Part shown: positions 52,396 through 61,780 of the stretch, in pieces
How the letters are laid out: the number at the start of each line of letters is the position of its first letter
How positions within the stretch are numbered: position 1 is the first letter of the stretch
From: Meiothermus sp.
GTDB lineage: Bacteria > Deinococcota > Deinococci > Deinococcales > Thermaceae
NCBI GenBank assembly: GCA_033762915.1
Contig: JANRLD010000015.1
Span: 21,432-85,431, forward strand
Direction: 5' to 3'
Length of the DNA stretch: 64,000 bases
Notes under the pieces: generated by a model
Databases searched by the model: none
Told to the model about the DNA's origin: nothing
What the model saw: the letters and a program-made list of their open reading frames with translations, nothing else
Made by a program: the position numbers and the translations under genes

Positions 52396-53172
52396 CTACT
52401 GGTTCATGAAGTCCTGGGCCTCGAGATAGCCCAAGATGTTGCGCGAGAACTCTTGGAACGAGGCGCGGGTGTACTTGAGGGAGCTGTAGACCTGGGCCAG
52501 GTTTTCCACGCCCGACTCCTCGATCATTTTTCGCAGATGGGGGAAGCTCATGTAGCGGTCCCACCCCTTGACCTCGCGCTCGGTGTAGACCTCCAGAACC
52601 CGCTCGTCGGAGTCTTCGTGGTAGAACTCGCGGTGGACCAGACCGTCGAGGGGGAGCCGGTCGCGCAGGGCGGGGGCCTCGTCGGGGTAGCCCAGCGAGA
52701 AGCCCACCACCGGCACCACCCCCCGGGGAAGCCGGAGGATGGGGCCGATTTGGTGGCAGTTGGCCAGGGTCGAGCCCATGTAGCAGATGCCCAGACCCCT
52801 GGCCTCGGCCGCCAGCGCCACGTTCTGCGAGACCAGCACCGCGTCAATCGCTGCGGTCATGAAGCTCATGAAGTTGTCGAAGCTGTCGGGGGCGTTGCTC
52901 AGGGCCAGCCAGCGGCGCATGCGGCGGAAGTCGGCGCAAAAGGTCAGCAGCACCGGGGCCTCGAGCACCATCGGCTGGTTCATGTGCGGTCCGTAGAGCT
53001 GCTGCTTAAGCTCGGGGTCGGTGGTGACCACCACCGAGAAGGCCTGCATGTTGCCCGAGGACGAGGCCCGCAGGCCGGTCTCGAGCAGCTCGGTGAGCAG
53101 CGACTCGGGCACCGGGTCGGGCCGGTACTTGCGGATCGAGCGGTGCTGGCGGATGGCCTCGAGCAGCGGCAT
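52396..53172 (-). CDS. Nitroreductase (NfsA/NfrA-like)
   Basis: HRSIRKY, ASSSGNMQ, FCAD..R, AAE..GLG.CY.G, RLP. Confidence 0.92.
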   Translation of the reverse strand: MPLLEAIRQHRSIRKYRPDPVPESLLTELLETGLRASSSGNMQAFSVVVTTDPELKQQLYGPHMNQPMVLEAPVLLTFCADFRRMRRWLALSNAPDSFDNFMSFMTAAIDAVLVSQNVALAAEARGLGICYMGSTLANCHQIGPILRLPRGVVPVVGFSLGYPDEAPALRDRLPLDGLVHREFYHEDSDERVLEVYTEREVKGWDRYMSFPHLRKMIEESGVENLAQVYSSLKYTRASFQEFSRNILGYLEAQDFMNQ

Positions 53173-53176
53173 AGGC

Positions 53177-54379
53177 TTACCGATGCCAGGCTTCTTTCAG
53201 CACCCGCATGATGTTGCCGCCAACGGCCTTGGCGATGTCGGCGTCGGAGTAGCCCCGTTTCACCATCCAGCGCACGATGTTGGGGAAGGCTTCGGCGGGG
53301 TTCTCGATGCCGTCCACCCACTCCACCTTGGGGTAGGGCAGGTTGCCCCTCGAGGCCCCGATCGATAGCGCCGCCGAGAGGGTGCGGTGCAGCCCCACGT
53401 GGTCGCCGAACAGCACGTCCGGGCCAAAGGCCACGTGGTCGATACCCACGAGGTCGACGCAGTATTCGAAATGCTCCATGAAGCTCTCGATGGAGTGCCG
53501 GGGGTTCTTCTCGCTGATGGTGGTGTGCGGCGCTGCCTCGATGCCGATCACACCGCCCCGGGCGGCGCAGGCCTTGATGATCTCATCGGGCTTGAGGCGG
53601 CTGGAGTTCCACAGCGCCCGCGCCCCGGCGTGGGTGATGAAGATTGGCTTGCTGCTGGCCTCGATGGTGTCCATGGAGGTTCGGTCGCCCGAGTGGGAGA
53701 TGTCGATGGCGATGCCCAGCTTGTTCATCCGCTCCACGGCTTGACGGCCCAGGTAGGTGAGCCCCCCGTCCACCTTCTCCTTCAGGCCGCCGCCCAGCGC
53801 GTTGCCCTCGCTGTAGGCGATGCCCAAGCAGCGCACCCCGAAGCCGTACAGGATGTCGATGCGGTCGATCTCGTTCTCGATCATGGCCGCGCCTTCGATA
53901 GAGACCACGAAGGCGATCTGTCCGTTCTGTTTGGCCTTGACGATGTCCTCGGTGGTGAGGCACAGCACCACCATGTCTTGGTGAGCGATGTCGGAGAGGC
54001 GCATCCCCAGGTCGTAGAGGATGTCGTCCCACTTCCAGCCCCACTTGCTGGTGATCATGGCAGTGCCGTTCATCAGGTTGTCGAACACACAGTCCATCCC
54101 GCTCACGCTGAGGCCCTCGTAGCCGGTCCAGTCGCGACCTTGGCGGCGGAACTCGAAGAACTCGCCCAGGTTTTCCGGCGAAACGAAGCAATGGTCGTGC
54201 AGCGAGATGACGAGGTTTTCCTCGAAGATGCGCTTGACCCTGGCCTCCTCCTCCGAGGTCACCTCGACCTGGGTGCTGGGTACGCGGTTGAGTTCAGGGA
54301 CGAGCTTGAAGGCTTTGTAGTCCTTGTCGGCCTCGAGGTACTGGTAGGACTTGTATCCGCTGTAGCGCTTCTTCTGCAT
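53177..54379 (-). CDS. Membrane dipeptidase family (peptidase M19)
   Basis: SLHDH, SIEG, GLT..G...VERMN.LG..ID.SH, THA, GIDHV.FGPD. Confidence 0.92.
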   Translation of the reverse strand: MQKKRYSGYKSYQYLEADKDYKAFKLVPELNRVPSTQVEVTSEEEARVKRIFEENLVISLHDHCFVSPENLGEFFEFRRQGRDWTGYEGLSVSGMDCVFDNLMNGTAMITSKWGWKWDDILYDLGMRLSDIAHQDMVVLCLTTEDIVKAKQNGQIAFVVSIEGAAMIENEIDRIDILYGFGVRCLGIAYSEGNALGGGLKEKVDGGLTYLGRQAVERMNKLGIAIDISHSGDRTSMDTIEASSKPIFITHAGARALWNSSRLKPDEIIKACAARGGVIGIEAAPHTTISEKNPRHSIESFMEHFEYCVDLVGIDHVAFGPDVLFGDHVGLHRTLSAALSIGASRGNLPYPKVEWVDGIENPAEAFPNIVRWMVKRGYSDADIAKAVGGNIMRVLKEAWHR

Positions 54380-54391
54380 AGGTACTCCAGT

Positions 54392-55732
54392 TTAGGCGGT
54401 GAGGGCAAAGAACTCGGAGGTCGGAAGGCCGTTATGGGCGGCGAAGGCGGCGGCCTGTAGCGCCGCTCCGGCGACCAGGCCACCTGCGCTGAGGTAGACG
54501 GCGGCTACGAGGTGATAGGGGTGGCTCAGGAACTCGTTGTAGGGGCCGGTAAAAGGGGGCCACTGGGAGGGCGGGGTGGCCTCGGCCCGGCGGGCCATCT
54601 CGAGGGCCCGGTCCAGGAGCTGCCGCGCTCCCGCAAAGCCAAAGTCCTGATCCGGCCGGGCCTCGCAGTCGAGCAGGTAGGGGGCCTCGAAGCTCCCGGT
54701 GGGGCAGTTTGCCAGCCACGGTTCCAGGCTCTCGAGCACCTGTATAGCCTCGATAATCGCAGCGTTCCATAGCGCCGGGCCGCTGTGGCCGAGGAAGGGC
54801 GGGGTATTGTCGGGCAGGTGTTCTCCCAGGCTGATGATCTTGGTCAGGGTCTGGCGCAGCGCAGTGGCGGTGTTGCAGGCGTGCTCGAGGCTCTCCCGGC
54901 CCAGTTCGCCCCGCGCTGGTTTCGGACTGCCTCCGGCCGGCACCAGCCTTAGGGCATTGGCGAGCATGCGTGCCGCAGGCAGCCAGCCCAGTTGGAGCGT
55001 GCTAGCCCCGAACTCGGGGTGTGAGCCGAACAGGATGATCTGGCCGCTACCCACCGCCTGACGATAAGCGACGCGGGCGCCGGCCTTGACGGCCCGGCTG
55101 AAAGTGGTTTCGCCCTCGAGGCCCAGCGAGCGCTCGAAGGGGGTGAAATCCTGGGCGGCCTCGAGGACCCTCCCAGCGGTTCCCTCGGCCGGCGGGAACA
55201 GAGGGCCGTTGTAGTGGATGATATCGAAGTCGGACTCGAGGCCCTCGAGCAGCGGATGACCGCCCGGCACTGCCTCGACCCTCATCCGACCCGTGCCCGG
55301 GGAGTCCAAGCCCCACTCGCCCGCCGCCGCGTTGACCGGGGTTAGGTCGCACATTTGGGTCTGGGCGGCCAGCGGTTGGGCCTCCAGGTAGGGGTCGCTC
55401 ATGCGCAGCGGGTGGCAGGAGCCCGCGCAAGAGCCGATGTAAGTGCCACCGGATTCGACCCAGCGGCGCAGGTTGGTGGCCCCCGCCGCGCCCATCGGCT
55501 TAAGCTGGCCCGCCATCGCCAACAGGCCGCCGCCGGGGAAGATCACCGCGTCGAAGTCGGAGAGCTTGCCCGCCGCAATTTCATCGGCGTAGACCGGCGT
55601 GGGCTTGCCGCCCCACAGCGCCAACAACCCGATGTGGTGCGAGGGCGCGCCGCCCGAGGCGTAGACGCCCACGCGTAAACTGCCCAGATGCGGTTGAACG
55701 TGGTCTCGAGCCTGCTTCCACCAGTCAGCCAT
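54392..55732 (-). CDS. BPL-N / class I glutamine amidotransferase-like domain protein
   Basis: IFPGG, GG.YIGSCAG, YNGP.F, GSHPE. Confidence 0.8.
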   Translation of the reverse strand: MADWWKQARDHVQPHLGSLRVGVYASGGAPSHHIGLLALWGGKPTPVYADEIAAGKLSDFDAVIFPGGGLLAMAGQLKPMGAAGATNLRRWVESGGTYIGSCAGSCHPLRMSDPYLEAQPLAAQTQMCDLTPVNAAAGEWGLDSPGTGRMRVEAVPGGHPLLEGLESDFDIIHYNGPLFPPAEGTAGRVLEAAQDFTPFERSLGLEGETTFSRAVKAGARVAYRQAVGSGQIILFGSHPEFGASTLQLGWLPAARMLANALRLVPAGGSPKPARGELGRESLEHACNTATALRQTLTKIISLGEHLPDNTPPFLGHSGPALWNAAIIEAIQVLESLEPWLANCPTGSFEAPYLLDCEARPDQDFGFAGARQLLDRALEMARRAEATPPSQWPPFTGPYNEFLSHPYHLVAAVYLSAGGLVAGAALQAAAFAAHNGLPTSEFFALTA

Positions 55733-55736
55733 ACGC

Positions 55737-56597
55737 TTAGCTCCGGGGGTCGAGGATGTCGCGCAGGGCGTTGCCCAGCACGTTGAAGGCCAGCACCGTG
55801 ACCGCGATGAACAGGCCCGGATAGATTGCCAGCATGGGGTTTGAGTAGAGGTAGGACTGCGCGTTCTGCAGCATGTTGCCCCACGAGGCCAGGGGTGGCT
55901 GGATGCCGAGCCCCAGGTAGGAGAGCGCGGCCTCGGTCAGGATGGCCCACCCCACCCCCAGGGTCGCAAGAACGATGGCCTGTGGCAGCACCTGCGGGAA
56001 GATGTGCCTGAACATAATCCGGGGGTGAGAGGCCCCCAGGGCATGCATGGCCTCGACGAACTCCCGTCCGCGGTATTTGGAGAACTCCGCGTAAACCACA
56101 CGCCCCATCTGGGCCCAGAAGCCGATGCCCACGGTGATGATGACAGTCAGGGGGTGGTTGCCGAAGACGGTCACAATCACCAGCACCAGAAAGAAACTGG
56201 GAATTGCCATGAACACGTCCACCATCCGCATCACCACGGTCTCGGTCCAGCCGCGGAAGTAGCCCGCCATCCCGCCCAGCAGCGTCCCGATGGACAGGCC
56301 CACCAGCATCGAGAGCAGCCCCACCGAAAGCGAGACACGCCCCCCCGAGAGGAGCCTCGAGAGCATGTCCCTGCCGAGTTCATCGGTACCCAAGGGGTGG
56401 GTGGCGCTGGGTTTGGCCAGGATGTTTAGAGGGTCGGTGGTGTCTGGCGCTATGGGGTAGACCACAGGCCCGAAAACTACCGTGAGGGTCAGGAGCAGCA
56501 TGACGGCGAACGCAGTAGCCCCAACGGGGTTGCGGCGCACCCTCAGCCAGAAGCGGCTGCGCGGCTTTTGGGCGGGGGAAGAAAGAACGCTACTCAT
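55737..56597 (-). CDS. Peptide ABC permease (DppC-like)
   Basis: HPLGTDELGRD, EFVEA..ALGA, EAALSYLGLG. Confidence 0.94.
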   Translation of the reverse strand: MSSVLSSPAQKPRSRFWLRVRRNPVGATAFAVMLLLTLTVVFGPVVYPIAPDTTDPLNILAKPSATHPLGTDELGRDMLSRLLSGGRVSLSVGLLSMLVGLSIGTLLGGMAGYFRGWTETVVMRMVDVFMAIPSFFLVLVIVTVFGNHPLTVIITVGIGFWAQMGRVVYAEFSKYRGREFVEAMHALGASHPRIMFRHIFPQVLPQAIVLATLGVGWAILTEAALSYLGLGIQPPLASWGNMLQNAQSYLYSNPMLAIYPGLFIAVTVLAFNVLGNALRDILDPRS

Positions 56598-57537
56598 GGC
56601 TTATGCGCGGATCGACCGCGGCGTAAAGCAGGTCTACCATGATGTTCACCGCGACCACGATGGCGCCGACCAGCAGCGTGACCCCTAGGATTACCGGGTA
56701 GTCGCGCCCGTTGGCGGCCTCGATTGCGAGCCGGCCGAGCCCGGCCCAGCCGAACACGCTCTCGACGACCACAGAGCCCGAGAAGAGCACAGTGGTGATT
56801 AGGCCGAGGATGGCGATCACAGGCACCATGGCGTTTTTTAGGGTGTGCTTGAGCAGAACCACCCGCTCGGATAGCCCTTTGGCTCGAGCGGTCCTGACGT
56901 AGTCCGAGGTCAGCACGTCTAGCAACGCCGAGCGCGTCACCCGAATGACGTTGGGCATCAGAGTGAAGGCCAGCACTCCGGCCGGCATGGCGAGGTGGCG
57001 CAGCCGGTCGAGGATTGAGAACTCCTGCCCCACCGTGTAGATGCCCGAACTGGGCAGCAGCTTGAGCTGCACCGCGAACACGATGATGGCCACGATCCCC
57101 AGCCAGAACGCCGGGACCGACATCCCGACGGTGGCCACACTGCTGATGAGGTGATCGGGCCAGCGGTTTTTGTACATTGCCGAGATGGTGCCCAGTACCA
57201 CACCCATAATCGCCGTGAGGATCAAGGCGGTTAGGGCCAGTTGTAGGGTGTTGACCGAGCGCTGGGCGAGCAGACTCGAGACCGGCAGACCCTGGTTCAT
57301 CGACTTGCCCAGGTCGCCGCGCACCACCCCGCCCAGCCAGTCGACGTACCGCACCAGCAGCGGCTTGTCCAGTCCGAGCTGGCGCAGCACGGCCTCGCGC
57401 TCGTCGGCGGTGCGGCCCAGCGTCACCGCCGAGGTTGGCCCGCCGGGGGCCATGTTAATCAGGAAAAAGGTGACCACCGAGATCAGGAACAGAACCAGCA
57501 GTCCCTGAAGCATCCGGCGTACCGCATAGGTGGCCAC
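56590..57537 (-). CDS. Peptide ABC permease (DppB-like)
   Basis: GLDKP, P.FWLG, DYVRTARAKGL, VESVF...GLG, DPRI. Confidence 0.94.
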   Translation of the reverse strand: MATYAVRRMLQGLLVLFLISVVTFFLINMAPGGPTSAVTLGRTADEREAVLRQLGLDKPLLVRYVDWLGGVVRGDLGKSMNQGLPVSSLLAQRSVNTLQLALTALILTAIMGVVLGTISAMYKNRWPDHLISSVATVGMSVPAFWLGIVAIIVFAVQLKLLPSSGIYTVGQEFSILDRLRHLAMPAGVLAFTLMPNVIRVTRSALLDVLTSDYVRTARAKGLSERVVLLKHTLKNAMVPVIAILGLITTVLFSGSVVVESVFGWAGLGRLAIEAANGRDYPVILGVTLLVGAIVVAVNIMVDLLYAAVDPRISHE

Positions 57538-57634
57538 GTAAATCTCCTTTCTCGCAAGCTTGCCTGCTGTCCAGTCCCGAGTTCTAGCCGTGATCTGGCC
57601 GGACGGGCTCGAGGGGGTCGGGCGATTGTTCTGC

Positions 57635-57677
57635 CCCTACCGGCCGCCTCTCCCAGAGGGAGAGGCGGCCGGTAGGG
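57635..57677. repeat. Perfect 20-bp stem-loop between dppA-like and dppB-like genes
   Basis: CCCTACCGGCCGCCTCTCCC-AGA-GGGAGAGGCGGCCGGTAGGG. Confidence 0.9.
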
Positions 57678-57727
57678 CGGATATGGACTCTTTGAACCCG
57701 CACGCCGGGATGAACCGTGCTTGGGGC

Positions 57728-59320
57728 TTACTTCCTCACGAACCACTCCACCGCGTACTGGTAGGCCAACGAGTTGTTGGTTTCGGGCATTCCCCCCAGG
57801 CGCTGGTTGCGCACGGTGATGACGTTGGGGTACCACAAGTAGAGGTAGGGGAGCTGCTCGGCCAGGAGTCGCTGCATCCGGCGGTATATGAGGACCTGCT
57901 GCTGCACGTCGGTGGCGGCGCGGCCCTGCTCCAGCAGCTTGTCCAAGTCGGGGTTCTTGTAGTTGGGGATGTTGTTGCCGCGGTCCGCTGCCGAGGAGGC
58001 GTAGTAGGGGGTCACATCGGGGGTTGGCGGGGTGCGCCACCAGGCCAGGGTGGCCTCGTACTGGCGGTTGACAAACATCTTCTGGATGTAGGCGTTCCAC
58101 TCCATCACGCTGACATTGGCCTTGACCCCAATGGCCTTCCAGTACTGCTGCACCAGCAGCGTTGCGGGAACCAGGTAGCCAAGTTGGCCGGTGGGCATGT
58201 CAATCTCGAAGGGCTTACCGTCTTTTTGCAGAATGCCGTCGGGTCCAGGCGTCCAGCCGGCGGCCCGGAGCAGCTGCTGGGCGCGCTGGGGGTTGTAGTC
58301 GAACCTCGGCACGTCGCTGACGTGGAGCGCCTTGAGTACCGGGGCGATGGGGCCGGTGGCGGTGGTGCCGTAACCGCGGATGATAGCCTCGATCATGGCC
58401 TTGCGGTCGAGGGCCATCAGCAGGGCCTGGCGCACCTGAACGTCGCGCATCCGGGGGTCGTTTTGGTTGAGGGCCACGAAGTAGTAGATGTTCTCGCTCT
58501 GGCGCAGGATCTGGAGACGGTTGTTGCGCTCGACGCCCGCCAGCAGGGCGGGGTTCACGTCAACCACGGCATCCAGCTCGCCACTGATGACCTGGGCTAC
58601 CTGGGTGTTGGGATCGGGCACGATGCGGAAAACGATCGAGGCCACCTTGGGGGTGCCGCCCCAGTACCGCTCGTTGCGCACCAGACGAACGTAGGAGCCA
58701 GGCACGAACTCGGCCACCCGGAAGGCCCCCGTGCCTACGGGGCTGCGCTTGTTAAAGCTGGCCACCTGCAGGGGGTTTTCGGCCGAGCCCAGCACGTGCT
58801 TGGGGATGATCCCGGCAAAGGAGGCCAGGTAGTAGGGCAGTGAGGAGAAAGGCGCGCTGAGCACGAAGCGCACCTGGAAGGGGTTTACGACCTCGACCTT
58901 GGAGATCGAGCTGTAGGTGGCAGAGTTCTGGGCTCCCAACTTTCTGTTGAGGATCACGTCGTTGAAGGTGAAGGCCACATCCTCGGCGGTGAACGGGCGC
59001 CCGTCGTGCCAGGTTACGTCGCGGCGCAGGTTGAAGATCCACGACAACCCGTCCGGCGCGGCCCGCCAACTGGTGGCCAGGGCTGGGGAGGGGCTGAGGT
59101 CTTTCTTGCTGTAGCGCACCAGCTGGTCAAACACGATGGTGTTGATCAGGTTGGACTCCACCACTGCCCCAGGCGTCCAGGGGTTGAGGGTGGGGTCGGC
59201 ATTGGTGGCCAGATTGATCGTCGCGTTGGGGTCGAAGTCCTGGGCCAGTGCCGGTGCCAGACTTGCCCCCAGCAGGGCCAGCGAGACTGCTCCAAACTTC
59301 CACATCTTTCTTGCGTACAT
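57728..59320 (-). CDS. Peptide/nickel family 5 ABC substrate-binding protein
   Basis: Signal peptide; LATSW, LR..V.WHDG.PFTAEDV.FT, PVGTG.F, VRQAL..ALD. Confidence 0.94.
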   Translation of the reverse strand: MYARKMWKFGAVSLALLGASLAPALAQDFDPNATINLATNADPTLNPWTPGAVVESNLINTIVFDQLVRYSKKDLSPSPALATSWRAAPDGLSWIFNLRRDVTWHDGRPFTAEDVAFTFNDVILNRKLGAQNSATYSSISKVEVVNPFQVRFVLSAPFSSLPYYLASFAGIIPKHVLGSAENPLQVASFNKRSPVGTGAFRVAEFVPGSYVRLVRNERYWGGTPKVASIVFRIVPDPNTQVAQVISGELDAVVDVNPALLAGVERNNRLQILRQSENIYYFVALNQNDPRMRDVQVRQALLMALDRKAMIEAIIRGYGTTATGPIAPVLKALHVSDVPRFDYNPQRAQQLLRAAGWTPGPDGILQKDGKPFEIDMPTGQLGYLVPATLLVQQYWKAIGVKANVSVMEWNAYIQKMFVNRQYEATLAWWRTPPTPDVTPYYASSAADRGNNIPNYKNPDLDKLLEQGRAATDVQQQVLIYRRMQRLLAEQLPYLYLWYPNVITVRNQRLGGMPETNNSLAYQYAVEWFVRK

Positions 59321-59340
59321 ACCCTTACCTCCTCTGATCG

Positions 59341-60144
59341 CTAACCCGTGTAGCCCAACTGCCGTGCGATAGCACGCGCCACCGGAACCAGCATCTCCCC
59401 GAACTGCTCGAGCATCTCACCGCTCACCCGAAACGACGGCCCCCCCACGCTCACCCCCCCAACCACCCGGCCGCTGTGGTCGAAGATGGGCGCTCCCACA
59501 CCCCTAGCTTCCGAGTCGTAGTCCTCGTCAGCGATGGAATAACCCCGAGCCCGAGTGGCGGCGAGGTCGCGCCTGAGGGCGGCGGCCTGACGGATGGTCT
59601 TGGGGGTGTAGGCGGGGTAGGTGCCAAGCTTGGCGATGATCCGCTCCTGCTCGGCCTCAGGCAGGTGGGCCAGTATGGCTTTGGGCACCGCCCCGGCGTG
59701 CAGCGGAACCGAAAGCCCCAGCACCGAGGCCAGCCGGACGCGGCGGTTGCTGTCCCGCCGATCCACGCAAACCGCGTGGTCGCCCGCCAGCGCGAAGAGG
59801 TTCACCGTTTCGCCGGTCTCGGCCGAAAGCCGGTCCAGGTGAGGCGCCGCTGCGTCTACCAGCGAGGCCTGTTGGCTGTCGGCAGAGGCAGCGTTGAGCA
59901 CCCCCAAAATTGGGGTTAGGATAAAGCGACCTTCCTCGTCGATGCGCAGGAATCCGGCCTCCTCGAGGGTTTTTAGCGAGCGATACGTCTGGTTCTTGTC
60001 CACCCCAATCTTGGCCGCCATCTCGGCCAGCGAGAAGCGGTGCGGGGTAGCGCTGAAGGCCAGCAATACCTGAAGCGTACGGTACGCAGAGCTAATGACG
60101 TACTGGTTGTGGGTGCGGCTGCCGCCGACTTCCTCTTGTCTCAT
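59341..60144 (-). CDS. IclR family transcriptional regulator
   Basis: HTH (LAEMA...DKNQTYRSL.TL), GETVNL, PLHAGA..K, VGAPI. Confidence 0.92.
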   Translation of the reverse strand: MRQEEVGGSRTHNQYVISSAYRTLQVLLAFSATPHRFSLAEMAAKIGVDKNQTYRSLKTLEEAGFLRIDEEGRFILTPILGVLNAASADSQQASLVDAAAPHLDRLSAETGETVNLFALAGDHAVCVDRRDSNRRVRLASVLGLSVPLHAGAVPKAILAHLPEAEQERIIAKLGTYPAYTPKTIRQAAALRRDLAATRARGYSIADEDYDSEARGVGAPIFDHSGRVVGGVSVGGPSFRVSGEMLEQFGEMLVPVARAIARQLGYTG

Positions 60145-60162
60145 ATATTGATATAGTGTTGA

Positions 60163-60191
60163 AATATAAAATACCCCCCATGCAAAGTCAA
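60163..60191 (-). promoter_or_regulatory. Sigma70-type promoter of the iclR-dpp operon
   Basis: Minus strand TTGACT-17 nt-TATATT. Confidence 0.7.
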
Positions 60192-60236
60192 GCCCCAGCT
60201 ACAATTAAACTGGGGCGATTCCAAATGTTGCCGGGT

Positions 60237-61202
60237 CTATATCACGTGCTGGGGCAGGCCTTTCAGTTCCGACTCTTGTAAGCCCACCCAGCCACCGCCG
60301 AACGCCTCGAGCAGGCTCCCCTCCTCGAACCAGCTGCGCGGGGTTTTTGCGCCCCATAGAGTCTGGCGTCGGGGGTCGTTGAGGTGCCAGCGGATCGGCT
60401 CGAAATCGGGGTCGGCGGTGATGTAGTCGGAAGTGTATAACTCGATCCGATGCCCGTCGGGGTCGCGCAGGTAGAGGAAGAAGGCGTTGGAGATTCCGTG
60501 GCGTCCGGGGCCGCGCTCGATGGCGTCGGTTTGCATAGCCCCGGCCAGGATGTCGCAGGTTTTGATAATCGCGTTAACGTCGGGCATCCAGTAGGCGAAG
60601 TGGTGCATGCGTGGCCCGGTGCCGTTGGTGATGGCCAGGTCGTGCACCCCTCCCCGACGCTGAACCCAGGCCGCCCAGATGCGCCCCACGTCGTCCTCGG
60701 TGTACTCGGATAGCCGAAAATTCAGCTCGTCCATGTACCACCGCATCATCCCTTGCACCTGCGGGGTGATGACATTGATGTGGTCGATACGCTGCAGGCC
60801 CGCGCCCCGATGAAGGTGGTACTTTTGCAGCAGCCAGGGGTGTTTAATCGACTCCGCGTAGAAGGCCACCGGCACCCCAAAGGGGTCTTGCATTCGCAGC
60901 AGCCGCGGCCGGTCCTGCTCGGTTTCCCAGCGGTAGGGGAGATGATGCTTTCCTGCAAAAGCCACCAGTGCCTCGAGGTCTTCTTCGCCGGCCACGCGGT
61001 AGGCCAGGTGCTTCACTCCGGCCTCGGGGGCCAGCTCGAGCTTGAGGGTCCACTCGCGGTCCTCGACCCCGCGCAAGTAGAGCGCGCTCGGGCTCTGGTG
61101 CAGAATGTTTAGTCCCAATAAATCGACATAGAACTGTCGCGAGCGCTCGAGGTCGGTGACGTAGAAGACTCCGTGCGCGATCCGCACAACGTTGGGGGTC
61201 AT
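60237..61202 (-). CDS. hpaD: 3,4-dihydroxyphenylacetate 2,3-dioxygenase (VOC type)
   Basis: RIDHIN, GGVHDLA.T.G.GPRMHH, ERGPGRHGISNAF.LY.RDPDGHRIE.Y. Confidence 0.94.
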   Translation of the reverse strand: MTPNVVRIAHGVFYVTDLERSRQFYVDLLGLNILHQSPSALYLRGVEDREWTLKLELAPEAGVKHLAYRVAGEEDLEALVAFAGKHHLPYRWETEQDRPRLLRMQDPFGVPVAFYAESIKHPWLLQKYHLHRGAGLQRIDHINVITPQVQGMMRWYMDELNFRLSEYTEDDVGRIWAAWVQRRGGVHDLAITNGTGPRMHHFAYWMPDVNAIIKTCDILAGAMQTDAIERGPGRHGISNAFFLYLRDPDGHRIELYTSDYITADPDFEPIRWHLNDPRRQTLWGAKTPRSWFEEGSLLEAFGGGWVGLQESELKGLPQHVI

Positions 61203-61266
61203 GTTGGTACCCCCGTAGGCCCAATGCACCACAACGGGGGCCGGAGGGCAGTTGTCTGAGGGTGAT

Positions 61267-61740
61267 TCATCCGATACTCCTGTAACCCCGGTTCCAGTAC
61301 ACCATCGGCCTTGCGGGGTCCCCGATCCTGACTCCCGTCACCCGGCCCACCACGATTTTGTGGGTGCCGCCTTCGTGGATGGCGTGGGGCGAGCAATAGA
61401 GCGTCACCAGGGCCTCAGTCACGGCGGGAATTTCGCCGCCGTCTAGGGGGTCATAGCCGTCGATGGGACTACCGGAGAAGTGGGCCGAGGTGCGCTCGTG
61501 GCCCTCGGCCAGGATGTTGACACTAAAGGCGGCGGCGCCCTCGAGAATCCCCCACATGTGGGCCTCGGTGTTGACGCAGAAGAGGATCAGGGGTGGCTCG
61601 AGGCTTACGCTGGTGAAGGATGAGGCGGTCATACCGCGTACCTCCTCACCCCGGCGAGCGGCGACTACGGTCACCCCGCTGGCCCAGTGCTGCATGGCGG
61701 CCCGGAGCTGGGTCTGGACATCAGGGAGGGTTGGGTTCAT
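61267..61740 (-). CDS. hpaC: Flavin reductase component of 4-HPA 3-monooxygenase
   Basis: ASGVTVV, GMTASSFTSVSLEPP, GTH; follows hpaB. Confidence 0.9.
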   Translation of the reverse strand: MNPTLPDVQTQLRAAMQHWASGVTVVAARRGEEVRGMTASSFTSVSLEPPLILFCVNTEAHMWGILEGAAAFSVNILAEGHERTSAHFSGSPIDGYDPLDGGEIPAVTEALVTLYCSPHAIHEGGTHKIVVGRVTGVRIGDPARPMVYWNRGYRSIG

Positions 61741-61780
61741 ATGAATATCCGGTCATGCGAAGAAGCCAACACACTCCCCT

